Assembly: GCA_041287245.1 (NCBI GenBank)
Contig: JBEULP010000065.1
Span: 1 to 12,318 of the forward strand
Reading direction: 5' to 3'
DNA: 12,318 bases
DNA from: Infirmifilum sp.
GTDB lineage: Archaea > Thermoproteota > Thermoprotei > Thermofilales > Thermofilaceae
Shown here: piece after piece, positions 1 through 6,798 of the stretch
Layout: every line of letters starts with the position of its first letter
How positions within the stretch are numbered: position 1 is the stretch's first letter
Made by a program: the position numbers and the translations under genes
Notes under the pieces: generated by a model
The model's input: only the letters and a program-made list of their open reading frames with translations
The model's database searches: none
Told to the model about the DNA's origin: nothing

Positions 1-2
1 CT

Positions 3-260
3 CTAGCTTTTCTTTTAAGTGGTCTAATAGTTGGAACAAGCTCGCTCTTACTAGCCGTAGCCACTATGAAGGATGTTTCCCTAGCATGGTTGCCCCTCGT
101 CAAGTTAAAGGCAGGTTCTATCGGGGAATCTCGTTTCTTCATAATAACCTTTGAATACGGTATAGGTGTTGTATCACTTCTTCTAACCCTCGTATACGAG
201 GTTATGTTTGGAGCTGAAAGAGCAAGTAAGCTCTTAAAGCGTATCTCACCTGGAGCATGA
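3..260 (+). CDS. 3' end of a probable membrane protein (partial, begins upstream of the window)
   Basis: Frame +3 is open from base 3 (LAFLLSGLIVGTSSLLLAVAT) through the listed 66..260 ORF to TGA at 258-260. It has two hydrophobic stretches, so ATG 66 is probably internal. Confidence 0.6.
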   Translation, partial: LAFLLSGLIVGTSSLLLAVATMKDVSLAWLPLVKLKAGSIGESRFFIITFEYGIGVVSLLLTLVYEVMFGAERASKLLKRISPGA

Positions 261-372
261 ATTAGAGTTAAACATCGCAGATTTAGTACCGCGCTCGGGG
301 AAACTACGCTATGGTGCGCTCTGGATAGGCTAGCCGCCACAGAAGCTCTCTATTCACCTCCAACACCCGATA

Positions 373-380
373 GGTTAAAA
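373..380 (+). promoter_or_regulatory. Putative TATA box for the 405..800 gene (leaderless)
   Basis: GGTTAAAA, with TTAAAA at 375-380 ending 25 nt before the GTG at 405. Confidence 0.45.
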
Positions 381-404
381 CTCCTTACCTTCTACTAAAA
401 GAGT

Positions 405-800
405 GTGGGGCAGACCCTGATATTGAAGGTAGCCAAGGAATTCCTGGACAGCTGTCATAAACAGGGGAGAAGGGACTGCTTCAAGGAGGCTAAGGAGGCT
501 TTTGGCAGCTACGGCATGTGGACGTACTCGCTCAGCTACTCCTGCAATTTTCAACTCTGGGAGCGCCTGGAAAAGCTGGCAGGGGAGGACCTGAACCTGG
601 TAATTGCCCTTAACAGGCTTTTATGCGGAGCATTCGAGCAGGAGCTCGAGTTTGACGAGCAGATTTACCTGAGGCTTATAGACCTCCTCGAGAGATATGC
701 GAGGGTGGAGGAGGATGAGCATTTATCTGGACATGCAGAGGACATAAAAGCGCTCTTGACCACGGCCCTTAGGCTGAGAAGCGGGATCATCTGCTACTAG
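405..800 (+). CDS. Hypothetical protein, 131 aa, soluble and likely helical
   Basis: GTG start with a correctly spaced TATA box, protein-like E/L/K/R-rich composition, fills the gap before the convergent ABC operon. No family motif recognised. Confidence 0.7.
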   Translation: MGQTLILKVAKEFLDSCHKQGRRDCFKEAKEAFGSYGMWTYSLSYSCNFQLWERLEKLAGEDLNLVIALNRLLCGAFEQELEFDEQIYLRLIDLLERYARVEEDEHLSGHAEDIKALLTTALRLRSGIICY

Positions 801-804
801 GATC

Positions 805-819
805 CAAGGAAAAACCTTG
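805..819 (-). terminator. Possible terminator of the ABC operon (short hairpin with T5 on the minus strand)
   Basis: CAAGG-AAAAA-CCTTG lies in the 41-nt convergent gap and reads CAAGG-TTTTT-CCTTG on the minus strand, ~25 nt after the permease stop. Confidence 0.35.
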
Positions 820-841
820 TACCTGTCACGGAAGAGGTTTT

Positions 842-1654
842 CTATGCTTTCATCGCGCCGGAGAGGTAGCCTCGGATGAGATATTTTCCTAGGAAGAAGT
901 AGAAGAGCATCACGGGAAGAGCGTAAAGGAAGGTTCCAGCCATCTGCGTGTTCCATTCCGCCGCGGTTGTGCCCAGGAGGTTTGCTAGGACGACGCTTGC
1001 AGGCTGGTTTGCGCCCTGTGTAAGTATTAGTCCAAACAGGAAGTCGTTCCATATGCTTGTAAACTGGAACACCGCCGTCACAATGAAGGCTGGCCATGAG
1101 AGGGGAAGCACAACACGTGCAAAGATAGTTGTTTCATCTGCTCCATCCACTCTGGCAGAGTCGATGAGACTCTGGGGTAATTCATCTAGGAAGCTTCTAA
1201 AGAAGAGGCTACATATGGGGATTCCATAGATAGTATGTACGATGGCTAATCCTAGGATTGAGTTGTAGAGTCCTACGCGGCTGGTTACCATTAGCAGGGG
1301 GATAACTATAGCATGGTATGGTATAAAGGTTCCAAAGGCCAACAAGAGGAAGACAATGTCAGAGTGTTTAAAGCGTAACTTAGAGAGAACGTACCCATTG
1401 AACGAGCCTATAACTGAGGATAGTAGTGTAGCTAGAATGGTAAACACAAGGCTATTAGACAGGCCCTGCCTCAGTGCCTGGAACGCCCTCAAGAACGGAA
1501 CCAGCGTAGGACTAGTAGGAGGCATTATTGGGGTTGTCATCCTAGCCTCTAAGTCGTCCTTCAAAGCAGTTGTTATAACGGACCAGAAGGGCAGTAGCCA
1601 GATGACTGCAAAGAACGATAAGAGGACTATCGCTAGTACGCGTGCCCAATTCAT
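842..1654 (-). CDS. Carbohydrate ABC transporter permease (MalG/GtsC-type)
   Basis: About six TM segments, EAA loop LIDSARVDGA, and FTSIWNDFLFGLIL typical of MalG-like permeases. GGAGG Shine-Dalgarno just upstream within the end of the previous gene. Confidence 0.95.
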   Translation of the reverse strand: MNWARVLAIVLLSFFAVIWLLPFWSVITTALKDDLEARMTTPIMPPTSPTLVPFLRAFQALRQGLSNSLVFTILATLLSSVIGSFNGYVLSKLRFKHSDIVFLLLAFGTFIPYHAIVIPLLMVTSRVGLYNSILGLAIVHTIYGIPICSLFFRSFLDELPQSLIDSARVDGADETTIFARVVLPLSWPAFIVTAVFQFTSIWNDFLFGLILTQGANQPASVVLANLLGTTAAEWNTQMAGTFLYALPVMLFYFFLGKYLIRGYLSGAMKA

Positions 1655-1656
1655 AC

Positions 1657-2526
1657 CTATCGCCTCCTCATAGTCGTGAGAAGATAGGGAGTGACAACTA
1701 CGACCACCATTAGGAGCAGGATTGTTGCTAGAGCTGCGCCGTAGGGAAAGTCGGTCTCGAAGAAGGCTCGCCTATACATGAGCAGTGCAAGCACATATGT
1801 CGACACGCCTGGGCCCCCGTTTGTCAGGACGTAGATGAAGTCGAAGGCCTTTAGCGAGAAAACCATGAGGACGATGAAAGACGAGAAAATCCACGGTTTT
1901 AACTGAGGGATTACGATCCTAGAGTAGATTTGTAATGTAGACGCGCCGTCAACAGTCGCAGCTTCAAGTTGCTCCACAGGTATGGACTTCATCCCGGCGA
2001 GGAGAACAAGGGCCGTGTAGCCTGTGAACTGCCATATCAGGGCAACTATGACACTATAAATGGCTATGCTGGCATCTCCAAGCCAGTTGACCCGGGGTGC
2101 GCCTAGGAGCGAGGAAAGTAGGGTGTTTGCGACGCCGAATGAGTAGTTGTACATCCACGCCCACATAGCACCTGTGACTACGAAGGAGAGTGAAAAAGGT
2201 AGGAGGAAAAGCATGCGGAACATTGCTTCAAGCCTCCCCCCAACAATGCTCATGAGGAGTGCTAGAAACATACCAAGGGCTATGCTGCCAGGTATAAAGA
2301 GGAGAATAAGCATTACATTATTCATTATCGAGACGTAGAACACTGGATCTAAAAACGCCTTCCTATACTGCTCTAAACCCGCCAACTCATATGTGATTAG
2401 TAGCCCCCTGCTTTTCGTGAAGGATAAGACAACGTTCCAGCCGATAAGGCAGTAGATAAAGAAAAATGCCGTTGCTGTAAAAACAACAAAAAGGAGATAC
2501 ATGATGTACCTATTCTCCAGTCTCAT
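1657..2526 (-). CDS. Carbohydrate ABC transporter permease (MalF/GtsB-type)
   Basis: EAA loop QLEAATVDGAS, LKAFDFIYVLTNGGPG motif, multiple TM helices. Start placed at ATG 2526 (MRLENR) because GGGTG at 2536-2532 is SD-like; the ORF track starts it at 2538. Confidence 0.93.
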   Translation of the reverse strand: MRLENRYIMYLLFVVFTATAFFFIYCLIGWNVVLSFTKSRGLLITYELAGLEQYRKAFLDPVFYVSIMNNVMLILLFIPGSIALGMFLALLMSIVGGRLEAMFRMLFLLPFSLSFVVTGAMWAWMYNYSFGVANTLLSSLLGAPRVNWLGDASIAIYSVIVALIWQFTGYTALVLLAGMKSIPVEQLEAATVDGASTLQIYSRIVIPQLKPWIFSSFIVLMVFSLKAFDFIYVLTNGGPGVSTYVLALLMYRRAFFETDFPYGAALATILLLMVVVVVTPYLLTTMRRR

Positions 2527-2574
2527 AGCAACACCCATTTAGCAGAAAAAATTTCTTTTTTGTTACTCCACTTT

Positions 2575-3921
2575 TCAACCCGTGAGATGCCAGGTCTTAG
2601 TATAATCGGATTTCGCCGTGTTTATGGCATCTATAATCGCCTTGCAAGCGGCAGCAATATCCTTGTCGCTCGCGAACTTAGATGCGATATCATTGAAGGC
2701 ACTGGCGAACTTTTCAGGTGCGCCGCTACCGTGAACTATGCTTGGCGCCATGTATCTAGCGTTCTTGAAGTCCTGGATAGCCTGTCTCTGATAAGGACCA
2801 TACTTAGAGATATCAGCATCGATCCTCGCTGGAATAGAGCCTTTTATCGGGTTGAATGTGTCCTGGCCCTCGCGAGAACCAACCAGCTTCAGCCACTTGA
2901 TAGCGTTGTCGGGGTGCATCGCTCCTTTAGGAAGCTCGAAGGCGTCCGAGACGATCATGTATATACCTTCAGTTCCAGGTGAGGGCATAGCTCCGTAGTC
3001 AACGCCGAAAACCTTGCCTGCCACGTAGAATTCTCCGTTAGCCCAGTCCCCCATGATTGTGAAGGCAGCCTCGCCCCTTATCACCTTAGCAACCGCTTGG
3101 TCCCAAGTTAGAGATGCATAGTCGGGGTTGACGTAGGACATATACCTCTTCATTATCGTGAAGGCGTTGACAAGCCTTGGATCGTTGGGGTCTGTAAGCT
3201 TCCCATTTATCAGATCCTGGTAGAAGTCCACGCCTTGGCTCAAGAATATCTGTTCGATTGCATGCGCTATCTCCCACTTGCCGATGCCTCCCATCGCAAT
3301 GGGATAGGTAATGCCAGCCGCCTTTAGCTTTTCGCAAGCTGCAAAGAACCCGTCCCACGTTTTAAGAGTACTAGGGTCAATACCGTACAGGTCAAGGATC
3401 TTCTTGTTGTACCATAGAACATTCGCCCTGTGAATATTGACAGGCACCGCGTAATAGTGACCGTTCCAGTTAGCCATGTCTCGTATCACAGGCGGAAATA
3501 CCTGTTCCCAGCCCTCACTCCTCCACAGATCATCTATTGGCTCCAGGAAGCCTGCGTCTATGTAAGGCTTCATCTCGTAACCCAGGTGCATCTGAAATGC
3601 ATCGGGCGCTTCCCCAGCCGCGACCATCGACTTCATCACGGCCTTCATAACATAGCCCGCACCACCGGCAACGGGGCTTTGAACCACGCCTACATCTGGA
3701 TATTTTTGTTGGTATACTTTAACTAGCGCGTCTATAGCCGCTTTCTCTCCCCCTGAAGTCCACCAGTGGTAGATTACCAGTAGATTAGCCTTCGGCTTCG
3801 TCGCGGCCTGCTGGCCGTAGTAGTAGGCAACTAGGCCTACCACTACGGCGGTAGCTATTATTGCTATAGCAAGCAGAAGCGTTGCTGAGAGCCCTTTCTT
3901 ACTAGAAGTTTTTTCTGACAT
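2575..3921 (-). CDS. Sugar ABC transporter substrate-binding protein, glucose/galactose-binding type
   Basis: Motifs IYHWWTSGGE, VAGGAG, PDAFQMHLG, AVPVNIHRANVLWYN, IMGDWA, SDAFELPKGA, FNPIKGSIPAR and SIVHG match the Thermus thermophilus glucose-binding protein / Pseudomonas GtsA family as recalled. N-terminal hydrophobic anchor present. Confidence 0.92.
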   Translation of the reverse strand: MSEKTSSKKGLSATLLLAIAIIATAVVVGLVAYYYGQQAATKPKANLLVIYHWWTSGGEKAAIDALVKVYQQKYPDVGVVQSPVAGGAGYVMKAVMKSMVAAGEAPDAFQMHLGYEMKPYIDAGFLEPIDDLWRSEGWEQVFPPVIRDMANWNGHYYAVPVNIHRANVLWYNKKILDLYGIDPSTLKTWDGFFAACEKLKAAGITYPIAMGGIGKWEIAHAIEQIFLSQGVDFYQDLINGKLTDPNDPRLVNAFTIMKRYMSYVNPDYASLTWDQAVAKVIRGEAAFTIMGDWANGEFYVAGKVFGVDYGAMPSPGTEGIYMIVSDAFELPKGAMHPDNAIKWLKLVGSREGQDTFNPIKGSIPARIDADISKYGPYQRQAIQDFKNARYMAPSIVHGSGAPEKFASAFNDIASKFASDKDIAAACKAIIDAINTAKSDYTKTWHLTG

Positions 3922-3923
3922 AC

Positions 3924-4020
3924 AAGCATATTATCAAATTACCTCTTATATATTTTTTTCTAATTATAAATATCTAGTTTTTTATTTTTAATTGTTTTCA
4001 AGAAAGAAGAAGCATATTAT
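3924..4020. repeat. 11-bp direct repeat AAGCATATTAT flanking the promoter
   Basis: Exact copies at 3924-3934 and 4010-4020. Confidence 0.55.
3945..3960 (-). promoter_or_regulatory. BRE-TATA promoter of the ABC operon (leaderless)
   Basis: Minus strand reads GAAAAAAA-TATATAAG, and the TATA ends ~25 nt before ATG 3921. Confidence 0.75.
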
Positions 4021-4249
4021 AAGTGTGGGTAAGATATAGGTAAGAGAGAATCCTTTCTCTTTTAGTTGTATGGGATAAAAGCAATAGGAAAGGACTGGAG
4101 AACGAGCCAGAAAAAGAGAAGACAGGGTTTAAACACGCCTCAAATGATTATAGCTTCTACGAGAGATTTGGCTTAAAAAATGCAATCGAGCTATTACTCC
4201 CTAAAAAGCTAGTCTAGTAGTTAGGCTCAGAGTGTCGAAACTATACGTC

Positions 4250-5590
4250 CTATTTTCTCTGTGCTAGAGCTCTCAGAGCGGCCAAGTGGAGAGGATAGAC
4301 GAGGGGAGAGGCTGTTAGTAGTGGTTGTGTCGCAAGGGTAAGCTTTAGTATGTCGTATGCTGTTAGGCTGAACTGAATAGCGGCTGCGGCATAGTTTATC
4401 ATCTCCCCAACCGGCTCGGGGCCAACTATCTGAACTCCGATAAGTCTGAGGTCGCCGCTTGCGAAGAGAGCTTTCATCCTGATTTTTCCAGCTCCTGGTA
4501 GGCTGCCAGGGTGCCTGTTGACCGCCTCGACTGTCACGGGGATGGCGTTTATGCCCAGCTTCTTAGCTGCTGCCTCGGTTAGGCCAGCTGCTGCTAGCAC
4601 CGTACCACCTACTGTTGTCGAGTAGGCTGGTAGTATACCCTCGATGCCCCGTGCTTGGCACTTCCCGGCTATGTGGAGAGCAGCCACTCTGCCCTCCGCT
4701 ATTGCTAGGGTTGCAAAGTAGGTTTTGACGGGTCGGCCGGTGAAGAAGTCGCGTTTTTGGGCTATGTCTCCTACAGCGTATATATCGGGGTCATTCGTCC
4801 TCATAAAATTGTCCACGATGAGATGCCCGGACTCATCCAGTAGAAGGCCCGCTTTCCTAGCAATCTCTGTGTTAGGGGTATTGCCCACCGAGATTAATAC
4901 TGCGTCTGCTGGTATATCCTCGCCGTTCTCGAGAACGACACTTTGAACCTTACCTACGCCCTTTATTTGTTTCACCTTAGCGTTCAGGTGGAACTTTACG
5001 CCCCTCGCCTCAAGCGCCTTCCTGGCTATCTCTCCGAACTCCTTGTCGAAAGCTAGGGCTAGGGCTTCGTCTAGAACCTCTACTACGTGCACCTCCCGGT
5101 TTCTGGCTAGGTCGTCTGCATACTCTACCCCTACAAAGCCCGCGCCGATAATGACTATCTTCTTAGCAGTCTTAAGGACATTGTAGGCTTTAACGAGGTG
5201 ATCGTAATCCTTGTGGACGAAAACAACATTCTCAAGGTTAGCTCCGGGTATGTTGAGCGGGCTGGGGCGTGTGCCGGTGGCGAGTACCAGCTTCCCGTAT
5301 TGGTACTCCTCCCCCTTTGCTGTCTTAACAACTTTTCTCTGCCTGTCTAAGTCCACAACTTCGTCCACAACTAGTTCTATCCCAGAGGATGTGACCATGG
5401 CGTCGGGAATTAGACATCCTTCTACGGAGTTAATCGTGTCTATTATGTATGGGACTGAACAGGGAACTGGCTGTAGCTTGGTTCGGCGTATGATTAGGAT
5501 GTTCATGTCGGGGCGTAAAGACTTTAAGGTTAGCGCTACGGCTAAACCTCCTGCACCGCCACCCACGATAATAACGTCGTATCTTTTCAC
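4250..5590 (-). CDS. FAD-dependent pyridine nucleotide-disulfide oxidoreductase, single-Cys NADH oxidase / CoA-disulfide reductase family
   Basis: FAD motif IIVGGGAGG, redox Cys in PVPCSVPY, LVLATG, NAD(P)H motif IIGAGFVGVE, TNDPDIYAVGD, and a C-terminal dimerisation domain. GTG start. Confidence 0.92.
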   Translation of the reverse strand: MKRYDVIIVGGGAGGLAVALTLKSLRPDMNILIIRRTKLQPVPCSVPYIIDTINSVEGCLIPDAMVTSSGIELVVDEVVDLDRQRKVVKTAKGEEYQYGKLVLATGTRPSPLNIPGANLENVVFVHKDYDHLVKAYNVLKTAKKIVIIGAGFVGVEYADDLARNREVHVVEVLDEALALAFDKEFGEIARKALEARGVKFHLNAKVKQIKGVGKVQSVVLENGEDIPADAVLISVGNTPNTEIARKAGLLLDESGHLIVDNFMRTNDPDIYAVGDIAQKRDFFTGRPVKTYFATLAIAEGRVAALHIAGKCQARGIEGILPAYSTTVGGTVLAAAGLTEAAAKKLGINAIPVTVEAVNRHPGSLPGAGKIRMKALFASGDLRLIGVQIVGPEPVGEMINYAAAAIQFSLTAYDILKLTLATQPLLTASPLVYPLHLAALRALAQRK

Positions 5591-5796
5591 AGCGGGCTAA
5601 ACGAGGGGGGCCTAGAAATCTCTACCTTAATAAATCATTGTAATATATAAATACCATTGTTTATTTGACAGATAGCTACCCGCGTATCTTCCCGGAAATC
5701 TACATGAACTAGCGAGGGTGCCCTTACAACTCAAAGCCTAGCCTTTCAAAGGGTGGAGAGTCAGGCATTATTTTTGCCCTTATAGGTGCAATTAAC

Positions 5797-5804
5797 TTTT
5801 AAAG
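5797..5804 (+). promoter_or_regulatory. Putative TATA box of the metallophosphoesterase gene
   Basis: TTTTAAAG ending ~25 nt before ATG 5830. Confidence 0.55.
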
Positions 5805-5829
5805 ATGTAAACTGATATAAAATTATTAA

Positions 5830-6639
5830 ATGACTCAACTGGATACTCCAAGGTTGTCGACGCTTGATAGGAGGAAGTTCATAAAACTCATAGCCTTGAG
5901 CACTTCTATTGCCGGGCTCTCCATTGAGGGGCTTCGGGAAACTGTGACCGTAGAGCTTAGAAGGGTGAATCTTAACCTGGGCCTTGGAGCTACCCTCCTT
6001 GTCGTGACAGACACTCACCTTCACGGATGGGGCTGGGTCGAGGAGACGTTGAAAGCGAGTCTCCTCTCGGCTTCGCTCGAGGCTGATGTGCTTGTGTTCC
6101 TGGGTGATGGATATGACCATAACACTCCCGGTTTGGAATTATTGCCCCGGCTATTCAGCGAAGTTAGCATCCCGAAGATAGGAGTTCTGGGAAACCATGA
6201 GCACTGGGCTGCGGACAAGTTTCCTCTCGAGATGGGCTTGGAGGCATACCGGGCGTCCGGCTTCAGGCTTCTTCTCAACGAGGCCATTGAGGTTCGGGGT
6301 ATCCGTTTTGGCGGGCTAGACTGGTTCCACGACGAGACCTATATCGGGCGATCATACTTAAAGCAGGTGGGAAAAGTAGACGTGCTGCTCTCGCACACGC
6401 CTGATGCGGTCCTTCTAGAACCGGAGGCTAGGCTTGTGCTATCAGGGCATACCCATGGGGGTCAGGTTTGTCTTCCCTTTTTAGGCCCGATCTGGGTGCC
6501 CTCAAAACTCGGGCGACGCTACGCTAGCGGCGTCTTCGACTATAACGGTTTAAAGCTAGTTGTTAGCAGGGGTGCAGGCGAGTCAGGAGTCCCATTGAGG
6601 CTTAACTGCCCCCGGGAGATACTTCTAGTAGACATCTAG
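5830..6639 (+). CDS. Calcineurin-like metallophosphoesterase, YkuE-like, with a twin-arginine signal
   Basis: All metal motifs are present: DTHLH, GDGYD, GNHE, SHTPD, SGHTHGGQ, plus the YkuE-type tail SRGAG..PLRLNCPREI. N-terminal DRRKFIK is followed by a hydrophobic stretch. Confidence 0.92.
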   Translation: MTQLDTPRLSTLDRRKFIKLIALSTSIAGLSIEGLRETVTVELRRVNLNLGLGATLLVVTDTHLHGWGWVEETLKASLLSASLEADVLVFLGDGYDHNTPGLELLPRLFSEVSIPKIGVLGNHEHWAADKFPLEMGLEAYRASGFRLLLNEAIEVRGIRFGGLDWFHDETYIGRSYLKQVGKVDVLLSHTPDAVLLEPEARLVLSGHTHGGQVCLPFLGPIWVPSKLGRRYASGVFDYNGLKLVVSRGAGESGVPLRLNCPREILLVDI

Positions 6640-6643
6640 TGTA

Positions 6644-6678
6644 TTTTTCCCAGGAATCCCCAATCTCAAAACAAAAAA
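6644..6678. terminator. Opposed oligo-T terminators for the convergent phosphoesterase and serpin genes
   Basis: TTTTT at 6644-6648 just after the + strand stop, and AAAACAAAAAA at 6668-6678 (TTTTTTGTTTT on the minus strand). Confidence 0.45.
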
Positions 6679-6798
6679 TTACCTACTAGTTGGAAAAAGT
6701 GAGGTTATGATTCAAAAACAGGGTAGAGGTAAAGAAGAGGATGTTTAAGGTCTTTGGGGTTTGCATTCCTCTTGTTCACAGTGCAGTCTTCAGCGGTT

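Noticed and set aside
723..3726. ORFs 723..1097, 948..1229, 1356..1673, 2147..2338, 2560..2982, 3086..3358 and 3430..3726
   Set aside because: Antisense or alternate-frame shadows of the well-supported ABC genes, with no recognisable motifs.
4042..4061. Imperfect hairpin AAGAGAGAA-TCC-TTTCTCTT
   Set aside because: Low-complexity purine/pyrimidine tract about 190 nt from the nearest stop, with no support for function.
5742..5752. Inverted repeat CCTTT-C-AAAGG in the divergent promoter region
   Set aside because: Only 5-bp arms and a single occurrence, so not distinguishable from chance.
6686..6778. Tiny minus-strand ORFs (about 24-26 aa) downstream of the serpin
   Set aside because: No promoter or SD signal and no recognisable peptide features.
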